The notes under the pieces: generated by a model
Databases searched by the model: none
What the model was told of the DNA's origin: nothing
The model's input: the letters and a program-made list of their open reading frames with translations, nothing else
Part shown: piece by piece, positions 19,820-29,611 of the stretch
Layout: the number at the start of each line of letters is the position of its first letter
How positions within the stretch are numbered: the stretch's first letter is position 1
Program-made: the position numbers and the translations under genes
From: an uncultured bacterium
GTDB taxonomy: Bacteria; Krumholzibacteriota; Krumholzibacteriia; JACNKJ01
DNA: 64,000 nt
Reading direction: 5' to 3'
NCBI GenBank assembly: GCA_963695095.1
Contig: CAVOFT010000001.1
Location: 2,240,001-2,304,000, forward strand

Positions 19820-19846
19820 CGAGATCCCGCGCGACAGTAAAGGACT

Positions 19847-19855
19847 ATGATATCA
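19847..19855 (-). promoter_or_regulatory. Putative extended -10 promoter (TGnTATCAT) for the glycan operon
   Basis: TGATATCAT on the minus strand in an AT-rich patch about 28 bp upstream of ATG 19819. Confidence 0.45.
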
Positions 19856-19926
19856 AGACATATGGCAGCATCCTGCCCGAAAGTTCCCCCCGGCGCAACC
19901 GTTTCGTTGGCTCGCCCCGCTCGCGG

Positions 19927-20973
19927 TCAAGCGCCTGTGCCAGCGCGGCTTGCGGGCGCCCCCCGCGGCGGCGCCTGCTCGCGCCGACGCCGCAGGAAGA
20001 GCAGGCCGCCCAGCAGGCTCACGGCGAGCATGAGCAGGTAGGCGACCAGCTCGATGGCGACAGCCGCCTCGCCGCTCACGCCCAGCGGCGCGAAGAGCGG
20101 CAGGGCCAGCCCCTCGCGCAGGCCGAAGCCGCCCAGGGTGATCGGCAGCGTGAGCGCGAAGGCCAGGGGCGGCACGACGAGGAAGTAGCCGGCGAGGGAG
20201 GGATTGCTCGGACCGAGCAGGGCCCAGCCGACCGCGTAGTGCACGGCCACCCGCAGGGACTGCACGATCAAGGAGAGGGCGAAGAGCCTGAGCAGCAGGC
20301 CGCGCTGCGCGCGCAGCAGGCGCAGCTGCTCGAGGGCCCGCGCGCGCAGGCCGCCCGGCGGCCAGAGGCCGAAGCGCTGGCCCAGGCGGTAGAGCAGGCG
20401 CGGCAGGGGATCGATGTAGATGAGCGCGCTCAGGAGCAGGAAGAGCGCGCCCCCCAGGAGGATCCCCTGCGCCAGCGGCCGCAGGCTCGGGTCCGGCCAG
20501 AGTCCCCAGGCGGCCAGCATGGCCAGGGCGGCCAGGGCGGACAGGCCGGTCAGGCGATCCGCCAGCGTGGCAGCGGCCGCGGCCATCGGGTCGCGCGTCC
20601 GGCGGCCGAGGTCGAGCACCTTGACCAGATCGCCCCCCACGCTGCCCGGCATGAAGTTGTTGAAGAAGAGGCCCACCCAGTAGAGCGCAGTGAGCTCGCC
20701 CGGCGCGAGGCGAATGCCGAGCGCACCCAGGAAGCGGCCCCACTGCCAGGCCCCCAGCACCACGCTGAGGGCGAAGATGGCCAGGCCGGCGGCGACCGGC
20801 GCCAGGCGGGCCTGGCCGAGCAGGGCCAGCGCTCGGCCCGGCGAGATGCGCGCCAGCAGCAGCGCGACCAGGGTCAAGGTGACCAGGAGCTTGAGCAGGG
20901 TGATCAGGCGGCGCCGCCTCGCGGACCCTGCGCCCGATCCGGGCGGGTTCGGCGCCGTCCGGCCGCCCCTCAT
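19927..20973 (-). CDS. Lysylphosphatidylglycerol-synthase-TM (UPF0104) flippase-like membrane protein
   Basis: GLFFNNFMPGSVGGD, DRLTGL, LPITLGGFGLREG. Confidence 0.85.
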   Translation of the reverse strand: MRGGRTAPNPPGSGAGSARRRRLITLLKLLVTLTLVALLLARISPGRALALLGQARLAPVAAGLAIFALSVVLGAWQWGRFLGALGIRLAPGELTALYWVGLFFNNFMPGSVGGDLVKVLDLGRRTRDPMAAAAATLADRLTGLSALAALAMLAAWGLWPDPSLRPLAQGILLGGALFLLLSALIYIDPLPRLLYRLGQRFGLWPPGGLRARALEQLRLLRAQRGLLLRLFALSLIVQSLRVAVHYAVGWALLGPSNPSLAGYFLVVPPLAFALTLPITLGGFGLREGLALPLFAPLGVSGEAAVAIELVAYLLMLAVSLLGGLLFLRRRREQAPPRGAPASRAGTGA

Positions 20974-22184
20974 GAGGCGCGATCCTCGACCGAGCGCTGC
21001 CGCGCGGCCCGGGACCGACCGGCGGGCCCGCCGTCGCCCGCTTCGGCCACGAGAGCGTGCAGGAGCGACTCCGCGTCGTCGGCGGCCGCGTCCCAGCTGA
21101 AGCTGCGGGCGCGCTCCGCCGCCCGCGCGCCCATCGCCTCGCGGCGGGCGGGGTCGGCGAGCAGCGAGAGCGCGGCGGCGGCCATCGCCGCCGTGTCGCC
21201 ATAGGGGACGAGGAGACCCGTGACGCCGTCCGCCACCGAGTCGCGCAGGCCGGGCGAGTCGGCGGCCACGCAGGGCAGGCCGCAGGCGGCGGCCTCGATC
21301 ACGGTGAGGCCCCAGCCCTCCTTGGGACTCGCATTGAGAAAGAGGTGGCAGCGGTGGAGGAGCTCCACCATTTCACCCAGGGGCAGATGGCCGTGGAAGC
21401 GCAGCGCATCCTCCAGCCCCAGGCGCCTGGCCAGGCGCTCCAGGGCCGGCCGCTCGGGTCCCCCACCCACGATGTCCAGGCTGGCCGCGGGCAGCTCGCT
21501 GCGGATGCGGGCGAAGGCCTCGATGACCAGATGCGTGCCCTTGTAGCGGCGCAGGCGGCCGAGGTGGACGAGGCGCGGCGCCGCATCGCGCGGCGGCGGC
21601 GCCGCGAGGCGGTAGGGCTCGGCGTCGAAGCCGCAGAAGCTGACGCTGATGCGCTCCGGATCCAGACCGCGGCCGACGAGATCGGCCTTCGTGCTGGGGC
21701 TGATCGCCAGCACGCGACTCGCCCGGTAGACGCGCGGGATCAGGCGCTCCGGCAGATAGACGGCCAGGCCCGTCAGCCAGTCCGTCTCGCGCCAGATGGT
21801 GGCGCCGAACAGGTGCGGCACCACGAGCAGGTGGGGCAGGGGCAGGAGAGCGGGCAGGAAGAAGGGGATCTTGTTGACGTCCTCGATCACGACGTCGAAG
21901 GCCTCGCGACGCGCCAGGCGGCGGGCCAGCCGCGCGAGCGCCCAGTTGGCCGTCAGCGGCCCCCCTGCGCGCAGCACGCGCAGGCCGCCGTAGCGGGCCT
22001 CGCGGGCCGCTCCGCGCCAGGCGGCCGCGAGCAGGGTGACCGCGTGGCCCCTCGCGGCCAGGCGCTCGAGGATCTCGTGCAGATGCGTCTCGGCGCCGCC
22101 GGCCTCGGGGTTTTCCCGGTCCCGCCAGTTGACCGCCAGGATCCGCAGGCGCCGCGCGGCGGCCGGCTTCGGGCCCGCGTTCAC
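20970..22184 (-). CDS. Glycosyltransferase family 4
   Basis: GTG 22184; NWRDRENPEAGGAE, GRLRRYKG, KEGWGLTVIEAAACG, PGLRDSV. Confidence 0.9.
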   Translation of the reverse strand: MNAGPKPAAARRLRILAVNWRDRENPEAGGAETHLHEILERLAARGHAVTLLAAAWRGAAREARYGGLRVLRAGGPLTANWALARLARRLARREAFDVVIEDVNKIPFFLPALLPLPHLLVVPHLFGATIWRETDWLTGLAVYLPERLIPRVYRASRVLAISPSTKADLVGRGLDPERISVSFCGFDAEPYRLAAPPPRDAAPRLVHLGRLRRYKGTHLVIEAFARIRSELPAASLDIVGGGPERPALERLARRLGLEDALRFHGHLPLGEMVELLHRCHLFLNASPKEGWGLTVIEAAACGLPCVAADSPGLRDSVADGVTGLLVPYGDTAAMAAAALSLLADPARREAMGARAAERARSFSWDAAADDAESLLHALVAEAGDGGPAGRSRAARQRSVEDRAS

Positions 22185-22984
22185 GGCGCGGGCGCGCCCG
22201 GCGCCGGACGCCGGGCGACGCAGCCGATCACCATCGCCGTGTAGTGGCCGGCGCGACGGTAGCGCGCCCAGCGCTTGGCGGCATTGGCGAGCTGGCCGAG
22301 CAGGGGAAAGGGCGGCGGGTGCATGGGCAGGGCGAGGCCGAGCCGGGCCAGCCCCCGGCGCAGCGCGCGGTAGGCGAGGCCGGGCTCGGGCCAGGCGCCG
22401 TAGGTGGCAACGAGGCGAAAGCCCTGCGCCTGGAGCAGGCCTTCGAGTTCGCGCGCGCTGAAGGCGCACTCCCAGCCCGCGAACCAGCGATCCATGGCGA
22501 TGAGCAGGCGCTTCGCCGGCGTGTAGAGGTGCCACCTCTGGGGCACGTCGACGAGCAGGAGGCCGCCCGGCGCGAGCACGCGGAAGTTCTCCGCCAGCAG
22601 GGGCCGGGGATCGCGGAAGTGCTCGAGCAGTCCCTGGTGGAAGACGGCATCGAAGCTGCCGTCGGCGAAGGGCAGGGCGAGAGCGTCCCCCCGCAGCAGG
22701 GTCAGGGCGCCCGTCCCGGCAGGCGCGGCGGCCAGGGCCCGCGCGCTGGCGGCCAGCGCCGCCTCGGAGTAGTCCAGCACCGTCACGCGGGCGCCGCAGG
22801 CGGCCAGGCGCAGGGAGTCGCGTCCGCTGCCGGCGCCCACCTCGAGCACGCGGGGCGCGCCCGGAGCCAGGTGGCGCAGGAGCTCCGCGTGCACCGCCCC
22901 CACGGCCTCGTAGACCGCCTCCACCGGCTGGGCGCCCCAGAAGCGATCCCAGTGCTCGCGCCTGCTCTCGCGCCGCGGGCTCAT
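22181..22984 (-). CDS. Class I SAM-dependent methyltransferase
   Basis: VLEVGAGSG, GDALALPFADGSFD, RVLAPGG. Confidence 0.9.
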   Translation of the reverse strand: MSPRRESRREHWDRFWGAQPVEAVYEAVGAVHAELLRHLAPGAPRVLEVGAGSGRDSLRLAACGARVTVLDYSEAALAASARALAAAPAGTGALTLLRGDALALPFADGSFDAVFHQGLLEHFRDPRPLLAENFRVLAPGGLLLVDVPQRWHLYTPAKRLLIAMDRWFAGWECAFSARELEGLLQAQGFRLVATYGAWPEPGLAYRALRRGLARLGLALPMHPPPFPLLGQLANAAKRWARYRRAGHYTAMVIGCVARRPAPGAPAP

Positions 22985-23415
22985 GCGGCCGGCCCCTCCA
23001 CCTGCTCGCCGGGGCGCTCGGCGGCCAGCAGGGCCGCGAGCAGGCCGTTGGCGAAGCCCGCGGCCTCTTCGCTGTCGTACTTGCGCGCCAGTTCCACGGC
23101 CTCGTTGAGGATGACCCGCGCCGGCAGCTCCGGCGCGCGCCGCGATTCGGCCAGGGCCAGGCGGAGGACGAGGCGCAGGAGCAGGCTCAGCCGGCCGAGA
23201 TCCCAGTGCTGCAGGCGCGCGGCGATAGCGGCGTCGAGCTGCGCCGCGTCCGCGCGCACCCAGGCGACGAGCTCGCCCGCATAGCCCAGGGTGTCCGCCG
23301 CGCTCCCGCGGCGGTCGGCCTGGTCGCGGAGCACCGCGGCGGGGTCCTTGCCCGGCGCTTCCAGCTCGTAGAGGCTCTGGAGGGCCAGCTCTCTCGCCTT
23401 GTGCCGTCTACCCAT
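22981..23415 (-). CDS. nusB: Transcription antitermination factor NusB
   Basis: MGRRHKARELALQSLY...VILNEAVELARKY...FANGLL; directly follows ribH. Confidence 0.93.
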   Translation of the reverse strand: MGRRHKARELALQSLYELEAPGKDPAAVLRDQADRRGSAADTLGYAGELVAWVRADAAQLDAAIAARLQHWDLGRLSLLLRLVLRLALAESRRAPELPARVILNEAVELARKYDSEEAAGFANGLLAALLAAERPGEQVEGPAA

Positions 23416-23416
23416 C

Positions 23417-23881
23417 CTAGGCGCTGAGGCGCCGGCGCAGATCGGCCAGCTCGATGGCGGCCAGGGCGGCATCCCAGCCCTTGTTGCCGCTCTTGCTGCC
23501 CGCGCGCTCGATGGCCTGCTCGAGGGTATCGGTGGTCAGCACGCCGAAGATGGTGGGCACGCCGCTGGCCAGGCCCACCTGGGCGATGCCCTTGGCCGCC
23601 TCGGCGGCGATGTACTCGAAGTGCGGCGTGCCGCCGCGGATCACCGCGCCCAGGCAGATCACCGCGTCGTAGCGGCCAGACTCCACGGCCAGCTTCGCCA
23701 CGAAGGGCAGCTCGAAGCTGCCGGGCACGCGGATCTCGGTGAGCGAGGCGGCATCCGCGCCGTGCCTCAGGAGGCAGTCGCGGGCGCCGGCCACGAGCTT
23801 GTCCACGAGGAATTCGTTGAAGCGGCTGACGACGAGCGCCACGCGCAGGCCCTTGGCGTCCAGTTGCCCTTCCAGGATCAC
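23417..23881 (-). CDS. ribH: 6,7-dimethyl-8-ribityllumazine synthase
   Basis: [37 protein letters not shown]. Confidence 0.97.
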   Translation of the reverse strand: MILEGQLDAKGLRVALVVSRFNEFLVDKLVAGARDCLLRHGADAASLTEIRVPGSFELPFVAKLAVESGRYDAVICLGAVIRGGTPHFEYIAAEAAKGIAQVGLASGVPTIFGVLTTDTLEQAIERAGSKSGNKGWDAALAAIELADLRRRLSA

Positions 23882-23986
23882 GGCCCTACCTCCTGTTCCG
23901 GGGCCAGGGTCTGCGCCCGGGCCGCCGTTCGCAAGTGATTTGTGCGCGGGCGCTGCGTTCAGCGCCCGCGGCCAGCCCCTGTCGGC

Positions 23987-25192
23987 TCAGATCAGATCCA
24001 GCAGGTGGCCGAGCTTTTCCTTCTTCGCGGCCAGATAGCGCCGATTCTCGCCCCGCGGGGCGACCTCCAGAGGCAGGCGCTCGATGATCTCCAGGCCGTA
24101 GGCCTCCAGCCCCACGATCTTGCGCGGGTTGTTCGTGAGCAGGCGGATGCGCGCCAGGCCGAGCTCGGCCAGGATCTGCGCGCCGATGCCGTAGTCGCGC
24201 AGGTCCGCCTTGAAGCCGAGGTGGTGGTTGGCCTCCACGGTATCCATGCCCTGCTCCTGAAGTCGATAGGCCCGCAGCTTGTTGGCAAGGCCGATGCCGC
24301 GCCCCTCCTGCGTCATGTAGAGGAAGACACCGTGGCCGTGCGCCTCGATGGCGGCCAGGGCCTGGTCGCGCTGCTCGCCGCAGTCGCAGCGGCGGCTGCC
24401 GAGCACGTCGCCCGTGAAGCACTGGCTGTGCACGCGCACCAGCGTGTCGGGCGCCGCGGCGGGGTCGCCCTTGACGAGGGCGGCGTGCTGGCTTTCGTCG
24501 ACGAGGCTCTCGAAGAGGATGAGCCGGAAGTCGCCGAGCTTCGTGGGCAGCGCCACTTCCACGACCTTGCGCACGAGGCGCTCGCGGCTGTGGCGGTAGG
24601 CGATCAGCTCCTCGATCGTGATCAGCACGAGTCCGTGCTCGCGGCTGAAGCGCTCCAGGTCCGGCCGGCGGGCCATGCTGCCGTCGGCGCTCAGGATCTC
24701 GCAGAGCATGCCCACGGGCCTCAGGCCCGCCAGGCGCGCGAGATCCACCGCGGCCTCGGTGTGCCCGGCCCGGCGCAGGACGCCGCCCCCGACCGCGGCC
24801 AGGGGGAAGATGTGCCCTGGCCGCGCGAGATCGGCGGCCACGGTTCCGGGATCGGCGAGCAGGCGCACCGTGAGCGCGCGATCGCTCGCGCTGATGCCCG
24901 TCGAAGCGCCCTCGCGGGCATCGACGCTCACCGTGAAGGGCGTGTGCATCAGGGCCGTGTTGTTCTCGACCATCGCGTGCAGGTCGAGGCGCTCCAGGAG
25001 CGCGGCTTCGGCCGGAGCGCAGATCAGCCCGCGGCCGTGGGTGGCGAAGAAGTTCACGGCGCCCGCAGTCACCTTCTCGGCGGCCATGATGAGGTCGCCC
25101 TCGTTCTCGCGATCCTCGTCGTCGACGACGACGACCATGCCGCCGGCGGCGATTGCCTGGATGGCCTGCTCGATGCGACTGAAGTCCCGCAT
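23987..25192 (-). CDS. ribBA: Bifunctional DHBP synthase / GTP cyclohydrolase II
   Basis: DDEDRENEGD, RAGHTEA, RVHSQCFTGD...RCDCG, QEGRGIGL, LLTNNP. Confidence 0.97.
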   Translation of the reverse strand: MRDFSRIEQAIQAIAAGGMVVVVDDEDRENEGDLIMAAEKVTAGAVNFFATHGRGLICAPAEAALLERLDLHAMVENNTALMHTPFTVSVDAREGASTGISASDRALTVRLLADPGTVAADLARPGHIFPLAAVGGGVLRRAGHTEAAVDLARLAGLRPVGMLCEILSADGSMARRPDLERFSREHGLVLITIEELIAYRHSRERLVRKVVEVALPTKLGDFRLILFESLVDESQHAALVKGDPAAAPDTLVRVHSQCFTGDVLGSRRCDCGEQRDQALAAIEAHGHGVFLYMTQEGRGIGLANKLRAYRLQEQGMDTVEANHHLGFKADLRDYGIGAQILAELGLARIRLLTNNPRKIVGLEAYGLEIIERLPLEVAPRGENRRYLAAKKEKLGHLLDLI

Positions 25193-25217
25193 GTCCGCTC
25201 CTTCGCGCGCGCCGCGC

Positions 25218-25874
25218 CTAGTCCCGCTTGCCGAGGAAGCCCTGCTGCATCAGCAGGGCGAGCAAGCGCCCGTCGCCGCCCTCGCCGCGGGCCAGGTAGC
25301 GCTGGACGTACTTGCCCAATAGATCCGTCTCGATGTTGACCTCGTCGCCCGCCGCCAGCGCCCCGAGCGTGGTGGCCGCCAGGGTGTGGGGAATCAGGTA
25401 GATCTCGCACTCGCCGTCCTCGATCTCGGGGCCGACGGTGAGCGAGACGCCGTCCACGGCCACGCTCCCCTTGGGCACGAGCAGCTCGGCGAGCTCGGGC
25501 TCCAGGCGCAGGCGCAGGGTCGTCCAGCCGGGCTCGGGGGTGAGGGCGAGCACCGCGGCCACGCCGTCCACGTGGCCGCTGACGAAGTGCCCGCCCAGGC
25601 GGCTGGTCGGCGTCAGCGCCCGCTCCAGGTTGACGGCGTCGCCCGGCTTGAGGCGGCCCAGCGTCGTCACGCGCAGGGTCTCCCCCATGGCGAAAACGCG
25701 GAAGCGTTCGCCGGCCAGGGCGGTCACCGTCTGACAGGCGCCGGCCAGGTTCACCGAGTCGCCGACCGCGAGCCCCGCTGCCACCTGCGGCGCGGCGATC
25801 TCGAAGTCGCGGCCACCACCTGCCGCCGCGGCGAGCACGACGCGTCCGATCTCCTCGACGATGCCCGTGAACAT
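25218..25874 (-). CDS. ribE: Riboflavin synthase (alpha chain)
   Basis: Starts MFTGIVEE; VNLERAL, GGHFVSGHVD, KGSVAVDGVSLTV, VNIETD. Confidence 0.96.
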   Translation of the reverse strand: MFTGIVEEIGRVVLAAAAGGGRDFEIAAPQVAAGLAVGDSVNLAGACQTVTALAGERFRVFAMGETLRVTTLGRLKPGDAVNLERALTPTSRLGGHFVSGHVDGVAAVLALTPEPGWTTLRLRLEPELAELLVPKGSVAVDGVSLTVGPEIEDGECEIYLIPHTLAATTLGALAAGDEVNIETDLLGKYVQRYLARGEGGDGRLLALLMQQGFLGKRD

Positions 25875-25894
25875 GCCTGCTCCTGGCCGGGGCG

Positions 25895-27025
25895 CTAGGC
25901 GGCGCCCGCCGGCGGGGTGAGAGTGATCTGCAAGTCCTCGCCGATGCGGCGCAGGCGCTCGACGCGCAGGCCGCGCTCCTCGGCCAGCTCGGTCCAGACG
26001 GGCCGCCCGTCCGCGGCGAGCAGCCGCGGCGCGACGAAGAGCTCCCAGCGCTGCCAGAGCCCGGCCGCGAGGAAGCTGCTCAGCAGCCGGCCGCCGCCCT
26101 CGACGAGCAGGCTCGCGATCTCCTCCTCGCGCGCCAGCAGGTCCAGGGCCGCCGCGAGGTCCACGCCGCCCGTCATGCCCCGCGGCAGTCGGCGCAGCAC
26201 CCAGCCCTTGCCCACGCTCGCGGCGGCGCCATCGGGCAGCAGCAGCAGGGGGGCGCGCTCCGGGTAGGCAAGATCGGCCGGCGTGCGCGGGGGATCGCCA
26301 TCGAAGATGATGGGCCGCGGCGCCGGGCCCGCCGCTTCCGCCGCCGGCAGCAGGCGCAGGTCCAGGCGCGGCCGATCCAGGCGCGCCGTTTCGCCGCCCA
26401 CGGCCACGGCCATCGCTGCCGCTCGCAGGCGATGGCCTTCGCGGCGCGCGGCCTCGCCCGTGATCCACTGCGACCCGCCATCGGCTCTCGCCAGGAGGCC
26501 GTTCAGGCTGATCGCGCTCTTGAGGGTGACGTAGGGCCGTCCCGTGCGCTGCCGGTGCACGTAGGCGGGGTTCTGCGCGGCGGCCTCGGCGGCCAGCAGG
26601 CCGCCCTCCACGGCGAGACCGGCCGCGGCCAGCAGGCGATGGCTGGCGCCCCGCTCGCCGGGGTTGGGATCCTCGAGAGCGTAGACGACCCGAGCGATGC
26701 CGGCGCCAAGGATCGCCTCCGTGCAGGGCGGCGTGCGGCCCTGCCGGTGGCAGGGTTCGAGGCTCACGTAGAGCGTAGCGCCCCGGGGGTCCTCGCTGGC
26801 GGCGGCCAGGGCCTCGCGTTCGGCATGGGGGCCGCCGAGGGCCCGGTGCCAACCCTCTCCGATCGCGCGGCCGTCCTTGACGAGCAGGGCCCCCACCTGC
26901 GGATTGGGCGCCACGGCACGGCCCCCGCGCGCGGCCAGCTCCAGACAGCGCAGGAGCCAGCGGCGGTCCTCGTCCTGCTGCGAAGCGGCGGGCCTTCGCT
27001 CGTCGGCGGGCGGGCTGGCGCTCAC
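25895..27025 (-). CDS. ribD: Riboflavin biosynthesis deaminase/reductase RibD
   Basis: PNPQVGA, HAE, LEPCHRQGRTPPC, DPNP, SQWITG, LLVEGGG. Confidence 0.95.
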   Translation of the reverse strand: MSASPPADERRPAASQQDEDRRWLLRCLELAARGGRAVAPNPQVGALLVKDGRAIGEGWHRALGGPHAEREALAAASEDPRGATLYVSLEPCHRQGRTPPCTEAILGAGIARVVYALEDPNPGERGASHRLLAAAGLAVEGGLLAAEAAAQNPAYVHRQRTGRPYVTLKSAISLNGLLARADGGSQWITGEAARREGHRLRAAAMAVAVGGETARLDRPRLDLRLLPAAEAAGPAPRPIIFDGDPPRTPADLAYPERAPLLLLPDGAAASVGKGWVLRRLPRGMTGGVDLAAALDLLAREEEIASLLVEGGGRLLSSFLAAGLWQRWELFVAPRLLAADGRPVWTELAEERGLRVERLRRIGEDLQITLTPPAGAA

Positions 27026-27048
27026 ATTCCTCTCCCGGGCCCGGGCAC

Positions 27049-27072
27049 AAAAAAACCGAGGCGCAACCTCGG
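27049..27072 (-). terminator. Intrinsic terminator (riboswitch expression platform)
   Basis: Minus strand CCGAGG-TTGCG-CCTCGG followed by T7, between the aptamer and ribD. Confidence 0.8.
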
Positions 27073-27109
27073 GGCACGGGAAGGGCGGGCGCAGCTCCGC
27101 GCCTGACAG

Positions 27110-27243
27110 CCTTCTCCCATCCGGACTTTTACCGTCGGCTCCGGCTTCGCACCGGATCTGCGGCTCGCGCCGCTCGCGGGCTGGGCTGCCCTCGCGGGAC
27201 AGCCATCACCGCCGGTGGGGACTTGCACCCCGCCCCGAAGGCG
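27110..27243 (-). promoter_or_regulatory. FMN riboswitch (RFN element)
   Basis: Minus strand CTTCGGGGCGGGGTGCAAGTCCCCACCGGCGGT...AGCCCGCGAGCG...CAGATCCGGTG...CCGGAGCCGACGGTAAAAGTCCGGATGGGAGAAG, upstream of the rib operon. Confidence 0.96.
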
Positions 27244-27248
27244 GCCTC

Positions 27249-27277
27249 AATTAACCCCCGCCGAGCGAGCTTGTCAA
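27249..27277 (-). promoter_or_regulatory. Putative sigma70 promoter of the rib leader
   Basis: Perfect TTGACA, 17 nt spacer, AT-rich TTAATT just upstream of the aptamer. Confidence 0.55.
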
Positions 27278-27295
27278 GGCGGCGGGCCGGGGCGC

Positions 27296-28078
27296 CTAGT
27301 CGAAGATTTCCGCGAAAAACGCCTGCATCTGAGCCCAGGAGCGCAGATCCGCGGCGGCATTGTAGGCGGCGCCAGTGGCCGGATCGTTCCCGGCCGCGCG
27401 CTGCGTGAACGCATGCACCGCGCCGGCGTACATGACGAGCTGGTAGTCCACCTTGGCGGCCTCCATCTCGGCCACGAAGGCCTGGACCTCCTCGGGCGTC
27501 ACCCAGGGATCCGCGGCCCCGTGGCAGACGAGCAGCTTGGCCCGGATGGCCTGGGCGTCGGCCGGGTTCGGCGTGCCCAGGCTGCCGTGGAAGCTGACGA
27601 CGCCCAGCAGCGGCGCTCCACTGCGCGCCAGTTCGAGCGCAGCGCCGCCGCCGAAGCAGTAGCCGATGGCCACCAGGCGCTGCGGATCCACGCGCGGATC
27701 CCGGGCCAGGACATCGAGGGCCGCCCTCAGGCGGGCGCGCAGGAGCGCGCGATCGGCGTAGTACTTGCCCGCTTCCTGGCCCGCGGCGGCGCTGTCGGCC
27801 GGGCGCACGCCCTTGCCGTAGACGTCGGCGGCCAGGGCCACGTAGCCCATGCCGGCCAGCATCTCGGCCCGGTGGCGCTCATTGTCGCTGAGGCCCATCC
27901 ACTGGTGGACGACGAGAACGCCCGGCCGGTGGCCGGCGAGGGCGTCGTCGTAGGCGAGATAGCCCTCGCAGGCGAGCCCCGCGTGCTCGTACTCGAGCGT
28001 CTGGGTGACGAGCTTGGCCTGCACGGGCACGCTCCCGAGGATGAGGATGCTGAGGACGAGAATGGCGGCAGAGCGCAT
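27296..28078 (-). CDS. Dienelactone hydrolase family protein (signal peptide)
   Basis: GGAGG RBS before ATG 28078; GYCFGG nucleophile elbow, CHGAAD, AVHAF. Confidence 0.92.
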   Translation of the reverse strand: MRSAAILVLSILILGSVPVQAKLVTQTLEYEHAGLACEGYLAYDDALAGHRPGVLVVHQWMGLSDNERHRAEMLAGMGYVALAADVYGKGVRPADSAAAGQEAGKYYADRALLRARLRAALDVLARDPRVDPQRLVAIGYCFGGGAALELARSGAPLLGVVSFHGSLGTPNPADAQAIRAKLLVCHGAADPWVTPEEVQAFVAEMEAAKVDYQLVMYAGAVHAFTQRAAGNDPATGAAYNAAADLRSWAQMQAFFAEIFD

Positions 28079-28270
28079 GGCGACCTCCAGTCGGCGCAAG
28101 GGTGAACAGGTTCACGGAAGCTACACGAGCCGCTGGGCGCTTGCAACGCCGAGGCGAACGCCGCATCTTAGGCAGGCCCCGTGTCCATGCATGCTAGGAT
28201 CTCTGCCACATGTCCAGCTCAGGCGCCGCTCCGGCCGCAAGCGGGGGCGAGCGCGAGGGAGGCTCAAGCG

Positions 28271-29593
28271 ATGCGCAAGCCCGGCATCTGGATCTCGCTG
28301 GCCGCAGTGGCCCTCATCGGTGCCGCTGTCGTCTGGAAGTTCGCCCTGCGCGGCGACGATGCGCCTCGCTATCGCAGCGAGGCTATCGCCCGCGGCGACG
28401 TGGAGCTGCGCATCTCGGCCACGGGCACGCTGAACCCGGTGACCACCGTTCAGGTGGGCAGCCAGGTGAGCGGCACCATCGCCGCCCTCTACGCGGACTT
28501 CAACGACCGCGTGCGCGCGGGCCAGGTGCTGGCCCAGCTCGATCCCACCTTTCTCAAGGCCCAGCTGGCGGAGACGCGGGCCAACCTGACCCGCGCCGAG
28601 GTGCAGTACCGCCAGGCCCTGCGCGACAGCGCGCGCACCGCTCCCCTGGCGGATGAGGGCCTGGTGGCGCAGGCCGATCTCGATGCCGCCCTCACCAGCC
28701 TCGAAGCGGCGCGCGCCTCGGTGGAGGCCGCGCGCGCCTCGCTCGATCGCTCCGAGACGAACCTGCGCTACGCCACGATCAGCTCGCCCATCGACGGCGT
28801 CGTCGTCTCGCGGGACGTGGACGTCGGCCAGACCGTGGCGGCCTCGCTCTCGGCGCCCACGCTCTTCACGATCGCCCAGGACCTGACGCAGATGCAGCTC
28901 GAGGCGGCCGTGGACGAGGCGGACATCGGCGCCATCCGCGACGCTCAGCCGGCCGACTTCACCGTGGACGCCTATCCGGAGCTGCGCTTCACGGGCGAGG
29001 TGTACCAAGTGCGCCTCTCGCCGGAGACGGTCTCGAACGTGGTCACCTACACGGTGGTGATTCGCGTGGCGAACCCGGACCAGAAGCTGCTGCCCGGCAT
29101 GACGGCCAACGTTTCCGTGCTCGTCGACGCCGCGCGCAGCGTGCTCAAGGTGCCGGCGATGGCCCTGCGCTTCAAGCCCACAAGCGCGGCTCCGGCCGGG
29201 GGCGCCCAGGCTGCCGAGTCCGGGCGCAGCGCGAGCGCCCAGGGCCCGCGCCTGCGCGGCGAGCAAGGCCGGCAGGGCGGGGGCATGCCGCCCGGGGCGG
29301 CGCGGGCTGGAGACACGGCCCCGGCCGAGGCCACGGCGCGGGCCGGGGACGCGGCAGACCGCCGGCCGGGCACGGGGGACGGTCAGCTCTACCTGCTTGG
29401 CGAGGAGGACACCCTCGAGTTCCTCCCGGTGCGCACCGGCATCAGCGACGGCAGCTTCACGGCGGTCTACTCGCCCGCCCTCGCCGAGAGCCTGCGCGTG
29501 GTGCTCGCCGTCGAGAGCGGTACGGCAAAGGTCCGGGACCAGGAGGTCGTCAATCCCTTCACCCCGCAGCGGCCCGGCGGCCGGGGCCGCTAG
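28271..29593 (+). CDS. MacA-like periplasmic adaptor (membrane fusion protein)
   Basis: ATG 28271 with GGAGG RBS; VQVGSQVSG, ISSPIDGVV, GQTVAASLSAPTLF, VDEADIG, LLPGMTA. Confidence 0.92.
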   Translation: MRKPGIWISLAAVALIGAAVVWKFALRGDDAPRYRSEAIARGDVELRISATGTLNPVTTVQVGSQVSGTIAALYADFNDRVRAGQVLAQLDPTFLKAQLAETRANLTRAEVQYRQALRDSARTAPLADEGLVAQADLDAALTSLEAARASVEAARASLDRSETNLRYATISSPIDGVVVSRDVDVGQTVAASLSAPTLFTIAQDLTQMQLEAAVDEADIGAIRDAQPADFTVDAYPELRFTGEVYQVRLSPETVSNVVTYTVVIRVANPDQKLLPGMTANVSVLVDAARSVLKVPAMALRFKPTSAAPAGGAQAAESGRSASAQGPRLRGEQGRQGGGMPPGAARAGDTAPAEATARAGDAADRRPGTGDGQLYLLGEEDTLEFLPVRTGISDGSFTAVYSPALAESLRVVLAVESGTAKVRDQEVVNPFTPQRPGGRGR

Positions 29594-29611
29594 CTGCGGC
29601 GAGAGGACCTC

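Noticed and set aside
25218..27077. Long N-terminal extensions on ribE, ispE, rfbD, the flippase and several GTs in the ORF track
   Set aside because: They overlap upstream genes in other frames. The true starts have RBSs or 4-bp overlaps.
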